64,000 bases of DNA from Sminthopsis crassicaudata (GCF_048593235.1 NC_133619.1:651474558-651538557), one strand, 5' to 3'. Numbered from the stretch's first letter, positions 9,476 through 21,262 are shown. Numbers and translations are program-made. The notes: a model not told the origin generated them from the letters alone.

Positions 9476-12400
9476 TCAGAAGCTGGACTGGAGCAGTGTA
9501 ACACGCAGAGGCCACGCCCCCTCATCTGGCGGAGCCGCCCCTCCCCAAGTGGGGGCCCAAGTGGAGGAGCCCCCTCGGCCCCGCCCCGAGGGAGGCGATC
9601 GAAGGGGCGGAGTCAGCCTAGAAGTGGGGTCGGGAGGGGCTTCAGGGCTTCGACCTGGAGGGAATCGGAGCAGATGGGTCAAAATCACCAGCTCCAGACC
9701 AGGACGCGCTGGATACCCAGCTCCCTCTCCCTCCCGGACCCGGGAGTCCTGGTTACTCAGCTCCCTCTCCCTCCTGGACCCGGGAGTCCGGGCTATTCAG
9801 CCCCTTCTTGTTCTCCAACCCAGGAATCCTGGCTCCCAGTCCCTCTTCTTCTGGGACCCAGTTACTCAGCCCCCCCCCCTTCCTGTACCCAGGAATCCTG
9901 GCTCCCAGTCCCTCTCCTTCTGGGACCCAGTTACTCAGCCCCCCCACCCACCCAGGAATCCTGGCTCCCAGTCCCTCTCCTTCTGGGGTCCAGGAGTCAG
10001 GAGCCATCTCTGGGTTTGAGTTTCCCTAACTAGTTCCCATGAGGTATCCCCTTTTCCCAGGCCCCTGACCTGTGATAAACTTATGCCAGTGTGAAGCCTC
10101 GGTCGCCAGAGCCTGGGACAGGCTGAGGACCCTTTCCCGATGTCCTTCAGGGGTCGGGATGTAGGGCCGAGGACTCCTGGAGCTGGGAAAGTGAGGAGGA
10201 ATCGGCGCTTAGTGGCCAGTCTGGCCGTAAGTGAGCCTCGCCATTTGACCCTCCACTCTACAGGGCCATTTAAAGTGGCACAGGGAAGGCCGCAAGCAAG
10301 GAGACTATTGATTTAGATGCCCAGACTCCTGCCAGGCTTCCAAGGAAAGCCTGCAATTTTTTATAACCGCCCAGTATGAACTGGGGGAATGGAGGGGGAG
10401 TGGGGAGGGAGAAGTGATCTACCCAGGGTGTTGACAAAGTTAAAATTTGAACCTAGACTCCAAATGCAGCCCTCCTCCCTTCCCCCCTCCCCGGGATCTC
10501 CCAGCATACTGCCAGCTTTATGGAAACAGGGCCTTTTTCACTCTTTTTTTCTATCCCCAACCTGGGAATACAGTAAGAGCTTACTACATGAGGCATTTTA
10601 CCAGTGTCCCGGGATGAAGTCAGCTGTACTGCCTTTCCCAGAAGAAGGGACTGTGGGAGAGTGGAGGCTAAAGCTTTTATAGAGAGGATAGGCTCTTATA
10701 AGTACAACTCTGCTTTTGCTGATGGGGAAACTGAGGCCCAGGGAAGGGGAACATCATACAGCAATTGCAAGAAGGTTGAGTCTCAAGGAGAAGACCTGGG
10801 TGCCAGGGGCCACCGAGATCTTCCTCTCAGCCCAAATTTCTTACCTGCTCCAGGACCCGGAGCTCCGGATCCACTGCTGAGGAGCCCCTGTGTGACCCAT
10901 AGAGTCCAGGAGAGGCTAAAAGAGAAGCCAGATAAAATCATGGGGTCTCAAGAGGCTAACTCACGGCCTAGGTTCCCCCGAGCTGTAGCTCCCTTAGCCT
11001 TTCCCCTGACCCTAGGCCACACTGTTCCAAGCAAACACCAAACTGTGGCTCACCCCATCTCTCTCTGATCCAGGCTCCAGCTGCCTGCGAACTGCTGGGG
11101 GGCGCGCTGTCTGCCCCCCAGGAGACAGAGGCCGGAGCTTTAGCCTCCCTGCCTCCTGGTGCCTCCGCATCCTCTCCAGCTGCTCCTGGGCACTCATCCG
11201 GACCCGTGAGGCCGCAGGCTGCTGGCAGGGGCAGGGAGGGACAGGAACCTCTCAGAATCCAGGAAAGCCGTCCCAGAACAGAAGGAACTTGCCGTTGGGG
11301 GCAATCGGCCCTTTGATGGGCCCAGAGATGGCCCTCCGACCACTCCCAGTGGCAGAGCCAGGACCCTCCTCCCCACCCCCTTACACCCAGATCCAGCAGC
11401 TCCACCACAGCCTTGGATCTTCCCTGGGCTCCTACCTTAGGCCCAGGTGGTGGTGGGGGGGATGGAGATGGGGCAGGGGATGGAGAGCACTGGCCATCTG
11501 GGCTCTGGGCCCGGGAAGAGCTGGGTGATCCGGGACCTGGAGGGAGTGCAGAGGAGCGCTGTAGGGGGCCTGATGAGGGCCGGGGATCCTTTCTAAAGGG
11601 CCTCTCTCACCTGGCGGCGCCACGGGCCCCTCTCCGTCTCCATCCCTCTGGGCACGGCCCCAGCTCGGATCCCCCAGGCCGGCCAATGTGTCCTCCACCA
11701 TCCATAGCTGCTGCTGGGCGGAGACCCTGGACTGAGGGAGGGGAGAGGAGAAGCTTAGGCAGGAGGGGCGAGGAGCAGGGGGACACAGGCAGGTGGGAGT
11801 CATGTGACAGTACCTGAGGAGACCCCAGGTGAAGCAGATCCTCCAGGGTCTCCCGCAGAGTCCCCAGCTCCTGCTCCAGGCCGCTGTACGTGTCCCAAAC
11901 CCGCTCTCTTTCCTGCACCGGGAGACAAGGGGTGAGCTCCAGCCCTGGGAAGTGCCAGCCTCCCCTCCTCCCATTTCCCAGGTTTGGCTCCTGAGGCCAG
12001 TTTTGCCAGAAGGCAGAGCCCTGGGGGGGAAGGGCAGAAAGGACTACATTTCCCATGAGGGTGGGGGAAGGGCTCGGACGGGGGAGGGGGGGCCCTCACC
12101 TGAGTCAGGTGGCAGAGGGCGGCTCTGACGCTCACCAGGCGGTCCTGCAGGAGCCGCAGGCGCGCCCAGGCTCTGCCTCCCGGCCCCGGCTCCCCCACAG
12201 CCCGGCGGGTGAGCTCCAGGGCCGCCTCCAGTCGTTCCTGCCGTCGAGGAAGGGAGGATGCTTGGAGGGCTGCGGGAAGCCTTCCTCCCGGCGCCCTCGA
12301 GCCCCCACCCCTCAAACTCCGCCTCCTCCCCCAGGCTGCTGCTGACCCCAGCTCCCCCTCTATCCCATCCTGGCCTGCGGCCCCCTCACCAAGTCCCCCC

Positions 12401-15400
12401 CGCCCTAGCTTAGCTCCCCACCCTCTCAGCGCCCCCCCACCTTCTCCTCCTGGCTCTTCGCCATCTCCTCCGTCAGCCTCCTCAAGAGCCTGTCCTGCCC
12501 GCAGAGCTTGGTCAGGAGCACCTGCGGGCCGAGAGAGAGAGCGCGCCCGGGCGCAAGTCGCCCCGTCTCCCCGGAACCCACCCGGGGGGGGGGGGAAGCA
12601 GCTCAGCCCGCCCCGCGAGCCGCCCCCTCCGCTGGCAAGCCCCCCCCCACTCACGTCGGTGTCCTCGCTGCGGTGCAGGGGGGGGTCCAGCAGGGGGCCC
12701 GGCGGCGGCTGAGACTGCTGCAAAGGGGGCCGGGTGAGCGTCCGCCTTCGGGGTCCCCTCCCCTTTTGGCGTCCCCTCCCCCTCTCCAGGTCCCCTCCCC
12801 TTTCGGGGTCTCCTCCCTCTTTTGGCGTCCCCTCCCCCTTTCGGGGTCCCGCGCTCCCAGGGGCCACACAACCTGGCTCCGCGGTGAGGGGGGGCGGGGA
12901 CACGTACCAACGAGGCGGCGGAGCCCCGGCTTCCTGAGGCCCTGGGGGACGGCTGCGGATAGCCCGACGCTGCCTGCGGAGACAGGAGCAAGCGCGGGGG
13001 CGGGCTCAGTGCCGCCTTCGGGTCAGCTGGGGAGGGCAGGGCGGCAGCGCCCGTCTAGCGGAACCGGCGCCTTCCCCGGGACCGGGCTGAGCACTTTGCG
13101 GGGCAAAGGGGGCTCACGGGGGCCTCCCTCCTTCCAGGGGTCAGAAGCGGATTCAGGGAGGGGCGTTGCTCGGGCTCATTGCTGGGGGAAGGAGGCGTCC
13201 GATGCGCTCGGGAAGGGAGCTTCGGTCTCTCCCGCTAGGGGGCGAACTGGCCGCCGTCCCGAGAACCTGCGGGAGCCCCGGGCCGTCGGGGGCTGGCGGG
13301 GCTCTCATCTGCAGACCTCTCCGAAGGGCCGGGCTCACAGGAGGCAGGCTTGCCCGGAGACCACGTCCCCTTTTGCTCCCGAAGCCCCGCTTAGTCCCGT
13401 AACCAGGGAGCCCCAGGCCTCCCGTTCTCCGCCCCTCGGTCCCTCACCTTGGCCCTGAGGTCAGCGGCCCAGTGCTGGGGGCTCCTGGGGGGTCTTGCTG
13501 CCCCTGTCTCCGATGGCGGTGCCCGGCGGGGCGTGGGGGGGCGGGACGAGGTTCTGGAGGCGGGGGCCCACTCGGGGAAGGGCCGGACGTCGATCCGGCT
13601 CAGGGGGGTGTGGGGCCGGGCTTCTCCCCCCGCCAGAACAGAGGGACGGTGGGCGGGGGCCGAGCGCGGCCGGGGGAGGCCCAGCGGGGAGGGGGGGCGG
13701 GAGAAGGGAGAGAACAGCCTAGGGGGAAAGGGGAAGGAGGCTTCCTGAGACTGGGAGCCCCCCCGCCCCTCCCCCGCACCCCCCCCCCCGCCCCTCCCCC
13801 CCACTCACTCCGGACTCCTTGCCCTGCGTCGGCTCCTCTGCTCCGGGAGCCCGGGGGGAGGGCTGGGGGTGAGCTCCCCGTGCCCGCCGGAGATCCTGGC
13901 CACCTCCAAGGACTCGGCGCTGCGGCCCTCGTCGCCGCTCCCCGCCTCGGGCGGCCCCCCGGGCCCACAGGGGCCTTCTCCAGCTGGGGGCCCGGCAGGT
14001 GGGGGCTGGGGGCCACTGCGCGGAGAGACACAGACGGAGGGGCTCGGCCCCGGCCCCAGGACCCCGCCGCTCCCCCGGCCACGCAGCTGCGGGCCACTGG
14101 CCCCTGCGGACAAAGGCGCGGGCCTGCCGGCCACGGCCACTGAGGTCCCGAGCCCCCCGTGGCTCCGCAGCTTCTGGGCAGACTCCTGCCCCCCAGGGCG
14201 GCGCGGGGGCCCGAGCCCGAGAGACCCTCCCGCTTCAGCCCCAGTTCTTGCCGGCCCGCCTCTCCCGCTGTGCCAGTCAAACCGACCACCAGGTGGCGCA
14301 GCGGAGAGAGCGCCCTGGAGGACTCCGGAGCACGGGCCTGTGGGCCTGGGCCAGGCAGTTTGCCCCTCCCTGCCTCAGTCTCCTTATCTGGGAAAGGGGG
14401 GTAATAACTACCCCCTGTGTTTTGAGGGTCTGCTTTGAGGATTTTAAAGTGCTCGCTCTCTCTAATTGCGCGCTGGTTAGCTTCACGATTGAGTCCATGG
14501 GGGGAGGGTGTGCCCGCCCTGTCCCCAGAGGAGGGAAGGCGGAGCTGCCAGGGGTATCAGGGAGGGCTTCCAGGAGGAGGCGGAGTGGAGCTGAGCCTTG
14601 GCGGGAGGAGGAGGGGCGCTCGAGCCGAGCAGAGGGAAGCGTCTACACCTGCCCAGTACCGCCGCTCCAGGGCGCTCACATGCGCACACGGGTCTATGCA
14701 CTGGGCACTGCCGCACACCCTCGCCGACACGGGAACACAACCCCCGCGTGTGCAGTCTCAGCTGCACCGGACAGCTCTCACACTTGCAGGCTTCCGTGCG
14801 AGCACGCGCGCTCACGCGCCCCGCACACACTCCCGCGCACGCTCTCACGCACACAGCCACATCTGCTCTCCTCCCTCCTCTGCCCTGGGGCTCCCCCCCC
14901 ACCGCAGTGAGTGCCCCCTCCCCCCGTCCGTACGCCGGGTTCCCCACTTGTGCACTCAGACGGAGGCTCGGTGTCAGAAGCGGGGCCCAGGTCTCCGAGC
15001 CTCCCAGAGGCCGCCGGGAGCTCGCTGCCTTTCTAACCTCCAGAACCTCAGTCTGCTCCTCTGTACAGTGAGACCGTGGGAGGAGCCTCTGGGGCATGGG
15101 ACCTGCAGGAGCCCCCTTTAAGTGGCTGTGTGACCCTAGGTCGCTCCCTTCCCTCTCTCTGCCTCAGTTTCCCCGTCTGACTCGGAGGAGCTTCGCATTG
15201 CACGGGCGGGGGAGGAAGGGGCCCCGCAGGGCAGAGCCCCCAGGAGCTGGGGTCCGGGCCATACTCCCGCCCCACTTACTAGTCATCGCCCTCAGCTCGG
15301 GTGGCCCGGCCCAGCGCCCGCAGCCAGCCTCGGAGGTCCTCCACGGTGTCGGCAGCCAGGACGTAGGTCCTCATGCCAGGGTGCTCTGCCTGGGGAGGGG

Positions 15401-16895
15401 GAGGACCGCCGTGGGCACCCAGGCGTCAGGAGGGGGCACGAGGCCGGTGGGGGAGGGGGGGCCAACTGGGCCGTTACATGGTGGGGGAGAGGGGCTCACG
15501 AACAAGTACTGAACCAACGGATTGCAGGGTGAACAAGAGGTGGGGGAGGGGCGGGGCCCAGGAGCTGGAGCAGTGGATATGGCTTCCAGAGGCTTTGGGG
15601 GGGACTCCAGAGCTCTAACTCACAGTGAAAGTGTATCGGCGCCCCCGGGGGGCCCCGGGGCCGTCCGGCCGGACACTGTAGCTGGGGAGAGGGACGCTGC
15701 CCAGGACGCTCTCCTCCCGGCTGTCTGCAGGGGGGTCAAGGGTCAGGGGTCACCGACAAAGGTCTCTCCACCTACCCCAACCCACCCCTGAGACACTGAC
15801 CCTTATAGTAGAAGAGGCAGTGGCCGGACAGGACAAACCAGCGCCGCTTCCAGAGCCGCAGGCCCGAGCTGTCCTGGGGGGAGAACGGGCACTGTGGGGG
15901 GGGGAGACGGGCAGGTAGGGACATGGGGATGGGGACAGAGGGACGATGGGGGACAGTGGGAGGAGGAGCTGTTTGGACAGATCTTCACAAGGGCTGAGCA
16001 GAAAGCAGGTGAGGGAGTGGAGATGAGGAGCCAGGGAGGAGGGGAAGTAGAGTCAGGGCCGGCAGAGCTGGGGGGGTGGAAGCCCAGGCTGGCCCTGCCA
16101 CGCCCCAGATAGAGGGGGGGAGCTTGGGGGGGAGGGGGCCGCAGGTGGCGCACCTGCTTATGCAGCCAGCCTCGGATGTGCACAGGCAGGTTGGGGTCCC
16201 TGCGCAGGGAGCTCCCCCTTTTCCCAAAGGCATGGACTCGGCTGACCGCCCGCGGGGGCTGCAGGAGACAGAGGCAGGGGCCGTCTGGGGGCCCTGAAAG
16301 GCTCCATTGTCGGGAAGCCCTTGGCCCCCCCCCACTGGGGCGGGGGCGGGGCAGCTCCCCAGAGGGGCTCTGCTCTTCCGGGGCCAGCCCAGGGTCGGGC
16401 CTTCGGGAGGCGCAGGTCCCCTTCATTCAGTCCCATCTGAGCCTATTAGAGGTGCTTCCTCTGGCCGGGCTCTGTGCTGGGGGCAGGGCCTCCCCCCCAG
16501 GACTCCGGGCCCCCCTCCCCCCTGCCCTCCAAGGGCCTCCATTCTCCTCAGGCTGGTCCCCGGGGGCAGATGCCCTGACCTACTGGGAGCTTTGGACTCC
16601 CCCTTGCAGAGGAAGAGCCAGAGGCAGGGTGGCTCAAAGGGTGGGGGGAAGACTATAGGAAGGAGAAGCTGCGGACTCCTGCCAGAGGAAGGTGCCCTCG
16701 GCGTCCAGACTGGGGGGGACGGGCACCCGGGGACCGCCTGGGCCGCTCCGGACCCTCTCCCCGCCCCCTGCCCCGGGGGAGGGGGGCTTCCCCGGCCGTC
16801 TGTCCCGGCATCACCTTGGCGCTGAGGCTGGCAGAGGACACGGTGGACACGCTGCTGGCCAGGCTGAGGCTGCTTCGAGGTCGGCCCTCCTCCAT
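9476..16895 (-). CDS. PLEKHA4: Pleckstrin homology domain-containing A4 (PEPP1), 18 coding exons, about 715 aa
   Basis: Exons: 16815-16895, 16154-16258, 15801-15873, 15624-15724, 15280-15389, 13809-14015, 13448-13718, 12908-12973, 12655-12717, 12441-12521, 12100-12237, 11814-11912, 11611-11731, 11436-11536, 11054-11221, 10845-10915, 10070-10182, 9476-9654. N-terminus MEEGRPRSSLSLASS, PH domain RGWLHKQDSSGLRLWKRRWFVL, C-terminus EGAWPLRVTLLQSSF. Phases are consistent. Confidence 0.95.
9695..10005. repeat. About 38-40-bp MSR1-like minisatellite in the last PLEKHA4 intron
   Basis: Units such as CAGCTCCCTCTCCCTCCYGGACCCGGGAGTCC and CCCAGGAATCCTGGCTCCCAGTCCCTC. Confidence 0.8.
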
Positions 16896-17439
16896 GCCGG
16901 GGCCACTGGGAGGAGGTTCCGAGGAGGGAGCCCAGGCAGGGTCGGTGACCCCGCGGAGGGGAGGCTGAGGAGAAAGGCCTCCTTGTGTGAGAGGGAGAGG
17001 CTGGGGGTGGCCGGGCCCCCTGCCACATTCCGAGGGGCAGTGCCAGGGGGTGGGCGGCTGCAGCAGCTGCTGGGGGGAGGCCAGAGAAAAGAGGCCTCTT
17101 TATGCCCGGCCCGCCCCCCGGGGCCAAGAATCTGCCCCTCCTTTTGTGCTTCGAGCTTGGGAGGCTTCCCACCCCTCTGCCGGCTGCTCTTGTAACCTGA
17201 GCCCCCCCAGTCCGATCAAACATACCAGCCCCCGGTCCATCTCTGCCCTTGCTGTCCCCAGGTCTAGGAACTTACCAGGGCCTCCGATGAAGGGGACGGG
17301 AGAGCCTGGCCCCGGGCACCTGCCCTCCCCACTGCGCTTCCTCAGCCTCTCTGCCTCCTGTTTCTGTCCCTCCCTGTTTGCCGGTTTCTCCTGCTCTGGG
17401 TTAGCTGTCTGTCCTGTTTTTCTGAATCATTTGTCTCTT

Positions 17440-17611
17440 TCCCTTGTTTCTGTACTCCTCATATCGGTGTCTCTTTCCTTGTTCCCTTCTTCCTCTTCTT
17501 GTTCTCTGTCTCTCTCTCCCCCCTCTCTGGCTCTCCCTCCCTCCTCTCTCTCTCTCCTTTCTCCTTCTGTCTCCCTCTCTTATCTGTCCCTCCCTCCTCC
17601 TCCTCCTCTCT

Positions 17612-17642
<31 letters not shown>

Positions 17643-17700
17643 CTTTCTCCTCTGTCTCCCTCTCTTATCTGTCCCTCCCTCCTCTTCCTCCTCTCTCTCC
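17440..17700. repeat. CT-rich polypyrimidine tract in PLEKHA4 intron 1
   Basis: Direct inspection; includes a (CT)n run at about 17625-17642. Confidence 0.85.
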
Positions 17701-18458
17701 ACGCCTCCGTCTGCGGCCGGTTCAGGCTCGTTCTCTCCTCCGTCCAGGCCGGGTTCCTGCCTCTGCGCCCCGTCTCCCTCCCTGGCGGTCTCTCCCCATC
17801 TGGCCCGACCTCTCCCGTCTCTGCACTAGGCCTGCGCCTCTGGGTTCCTCCAGTCCTCCACCCACGCTCTTCCCTCCCTCCGGCCGGCCCCTCCCCCTAG
17901 GCTGACCCCAAGCCTTGGCGGCCCCACAGCTGCCAGGACGAGCCTGCGGGGTCCCGGAGAGTAAAGGGGAGGGGAGCCCGCGCAGCCGGGGGGGGGGGGG
18001 GGTGCTGGAGGCCGGCTGCGGGTGCAGGACCAGGCTGGGCCACAAGGCCGCCCTGTGGCCCGGGGGTGTGACTGATGCCCGGTGACGGCTGAGGAGGTGA
18101 TGGGGCGCGAGGGTGCGCGCCGCGCCGGGCCTCCTGGGAGCCGAGGCCTCTGGGAGGGGGCTCCGCCCCCACCTCTACGTTTCTCAGGAGGAAACTGAGG
18201 CTCAAGCGGTCACGGAGGAGGCAGTGGGCAGCTCGGGCCCGCGCGGGAGGCGGGCTCCAGGGAAGGCCCCGGGCTCCGCACCGGCCCGAGCCATGCCGTT
18301 CCGGACGCGGACTTGGCCACTGGGCGGGACGGCAGACTCGTCACCTCTGGGTGACTCGGGCCGGGGACAGGGGCCGGGCGGGGCGGCTCCAGACCGCTCC
18401 CGGAGGTTCCAGAGCCCTGAATCACCTCCTGGGCGCGGGATCCCAAAGCACGGGACCG

Positions 18459-18660
18459 TGACGTCACCGAGCGGCCGGCTCGCCCCGCCCCCGGCGTGAC
18501 GCCAGCTCCGCAGCGCTCCGGGCCCTCGAGGATCCGAGCTGATTCAATCTATGGAAACTGAGCTGAGGAGGCGGTGACGTCAGCGTGTTTTTCCGCTTCC
18601 CCCCCCCCGCGCCGCCCCCTCCGGTAAACTCCGCTCCGTGACGTCAGCGCGTCCTATAAA
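18459..18660 (+). promoter_or_regulatory. PPP1R15A promoter: three CRE/ATF palindromes and a TATA box; divergent from PLEKHA4
   Basis: TGACGTCA at 18459-18466, 18575-18582 and 18639-18646; half-site at about 18497; TATAAA at 18655-18660. Confidence 0.85.
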
Positions 18661-18758
18661 AGAGGCGGCGCTCCGTACTCAGGCCTCAGCTAACCCGACC
18701 CGAGAGTGCAGACAGCGGAGATCCGAGCGTCGGCCGAGCCTTTGGGGTCCCGACCAAG

Positions 18759-18827
18759 ATGAGCCCGAACCCGAGCCCGCCCTGGACACTACCGTGCCCG
18801 TGGACGCCAGGCCTGCCCCCGGGATGA
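18759..18827 (+). CDS. PPP1R15A upstream ORF, 22 aa, [22 protein letters not shown]
   Basis: The only ATG in the leader between the TATA box (18655) and the main start. It ends Pro-Pro-Gly-stop like the known inhibitory mammalian GADD34 uORF. Confidence 0.85.
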   Translation: MSPNPSPPWTLPCPWTPGLPPG

Positions 18828-21262
18828 TGCGCAGCCCTGTCCCGGTGAGAACCGAGGGGGCGGGACGGGGAGACACGCGGAGGGGAGGATGGGGGGGGAA
18901 GGGAGGGGCCGGACGAGGAGGGGAGCCTGGGCTCTGGGGCTGGGGGACAAGGAAGGGGCTCCGGAACCCTCGGGAGAGCGGGCCGGGCCTGGGGGACGGG
19001 GCAGGTGGGGGCCCAGGGGGACCGAATGGGGAGGGCATGAATACCTCCAGGGGATAGCACAAGAAGGGGGCGGGGACTGCTGAGGGGCACAGGGAGCCCC
19101 GGAGCAGAGGCATGGGGGATTCCAGGACCTCTGGGACCTTAGGACCCAGGAGAGAGGGAAGGCTTAAGGCTGGGTCCCCTCCCAGGCTAAGTGTTTTCTG
19201 CCCTGTAAGAGCTAGTTTTATTTGAGGGTAAACAGGTCAGGTGACTTGGGCAGGGTCTCACGGCTGGCTGAGGCAGACTTGAGCTCAGAGCTTCCTGGCT
19301 CCAGGCTTGTTGTCTCCTTGGTGGCTGGAAGCCTGATGCCCTGGAGGGTGGCTGACTAAGAGTGATTGGGGCCTGGAGGAATGGGGCGAGGCCCCCGAGA
19401 AGGACCTGTTTGGGCTCTGGAGGGATTTGCCTAAGGCTGACTGGAACCTCATTCAGCCTGCTTATCCCCTCTTGCAGCACAGCCCTGCCCCCCTGGGGCG
19501 CTCCCTCAGGAACGGCCTTCTCTCTGGCCTGAAGTTCCTCCTGGCCTGGGCCTGGGCCCAGCTGGGGAGAGTGGAACTCCAGCCCAGGCCCAGCCGAGGA
19601 GCAAAGCTTGGGAACCCTGAAGCTAGAGCCGAGGCGGAGGAGGGCCCCGGGGTGCGGGCCCCCGTCGTGGGACTGCGGGCCCCCTGGCCTGGGAGCAGGC
19701 CAAAGAACAGTGAAGATGAAGGAGAAGAGGTGGGGGACCACGCCATTCCCGAGGCCCCGGGCTCACCTGAGCAGGGCCCCTCTACCTGGGCGGGTAGTGG
19801 CCCTCAGGGTCTCCGAGCCCTGGCCTGGCAGCTCAGGGAAGAGGCCGACAGATGGTTGGGGGAAGCTGAAGAAGGAGGACCAGGAAAACAGCCTCCCCCT
19901 GTGCTCTGCAGCCCCCTGCTCCGGGCCTGGGCCTATAGGCCTGGTGAGGATGAGGATGATGATGAGGAAGAGGAAGATGTGTCCAGTGGGGAAGAAGGAG
20001 ATGAGGATGAGGAAGATGGAAGACCAGGAAAACAGCCTCCCCCTGTGCTCTGCAGCCCCCTGCTCCAGGCCTGGGCCTATAGGCCTAGTGAGGATGAGGA
20101 AGAGGAAGATGTGTTCAGTGAGGAAGGGGATGAGGATGAGGAAGATGGAAGACCAGGAAAACAGCCTCCCCCTCTGCTCTGCAGCCCCCTGCTCCGGACC
20201 TGGGCCTATAGGCCTGGTGAGGATGAGGATGATGATGAGGAAGAGGAAGATGTGTCCAGTGGGGAAGAAGGAGATGAGGAAGACAGAGGACCAGGAAAAC
20301 AGCCTCCACCTATGCCCTGCAGCCCCCTGCTCCGGACCTGGGCCTCCAGACCCAATGAGGATGAGGAAGCAGAAGATGCCAAAGGAGGGCCTGTGGGCAG
20401 AGAGGACTCTGGGCCGCAGGACTTCCTCGTGTCCATCTTCGCTCCTGGCGCTGTGCGGCCCCGGCCCTGGCCCGCAGCCCGGCTCCCCCAGAGGTTGCGG
20501 AGACACCTGAGGCCCCGAGAGACCCCTGTGGAGCCAGAGCCTGCGCCCCCCCCTGGAAGGAAGGTGAGGAGAGGTCCCGGTATCAGCTCACCCTTGAGCA
20601 GGGAGCTGGGTGCCTTCTGAGCTAGCTTCATTGTCACTTTGGTTCAGTCCAGCCCCAGGCAGTCACCGAGGCCCAGGGAGGTTAAGGACTTGCCCCTGGT
20701 TCCTCACGCTGAGTGGGATTGGAACTCAGGACCTCCTGAGCTTTGGGCTATTCAGCCCTTCTTGTGAAATGAGCTCAGCAGAATAGTTTATGGGTGAGAT
20801 TCAGAGAGAGGGGCTCTGAAGCTAAGTATTTGTTTTACCTGCTACACAGGAGGTGCTTAATAAATGCTTATTCCTTCCTTCTGTGCTGCTGCAGAAGCCC
20901 ATGACCTCTCTAGGCCAGTTTCTTCCTACATAGAAGAGGGATCCTAAGTTCTCGGTTGGGAATGTGCTTTGGAACTGGAGAGGGGGATCAGGAGCCCCGC
21001 TTGTTAGTCTCACACCATCTTCTTATCTGCCTCCTTCCAGGTGCGGTTCTCCAGCACGGTCAGCCTTCACCTCCTGGTGGTGTGGGCAGGTCCCGCCCGT
21101 GCCGCCCGCAGGGGACTGTGGGAGCAGCTAGCCCGGGACCGTGGCCGCTTTGCCCGTCGCATCGCCCAGGCCGAGGAGCTGTTGGGACCTTGCCTTTCCC
21201 CCGCCGCCCGGACTCGAGCTTGGGCCCGGCTCCAGGGCCTGAGCAATTCTCCAGATCCATAG
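18824..21262 (+). CDS. PPP1R15A: GADD34, PP1 regulatory subunit 15A, about 442 aa
   Basis: Exons: 18824-18844 (MMRSPVP), 19478-20563, 21041-21262, all phase 0. Four acidic WAYRPGED repeats, a PP1-binding KVRF split by intron 2, and the eIF2alpha-binding [19 protein letters not shown] motif. Exon 2 has no in-frame ATG before 20311, so the start must lie in exon 1. Confidence 0.93.
19877..20376 (+). repeat. Four coding tandem repeats (129-144 bp) in PPP1R15A exon 2
   Basis: Units start at 19877, 20021, 20150 and 20288, each encoding PGKQPPPxxCSPLLxxWAxRPxEDE. Confidence 0.95.

Noticed and set aside
11537-11610. Apparent PLEKHA4 frameshift or 52-nt intron
   Set aside because: Resolved by the stronger acceptor at 11537, which gives a 74-nt intron and keeps phase.
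19427-19477. ORF-track start of PPP1R15A at a TTG (397 aa ORF ending at 20620)
   Set aside because: This start is intronic and non-AUG. The spliced model via 18844->19478 and 20563->21041 restores the KVRF motif and C-terminal domain.
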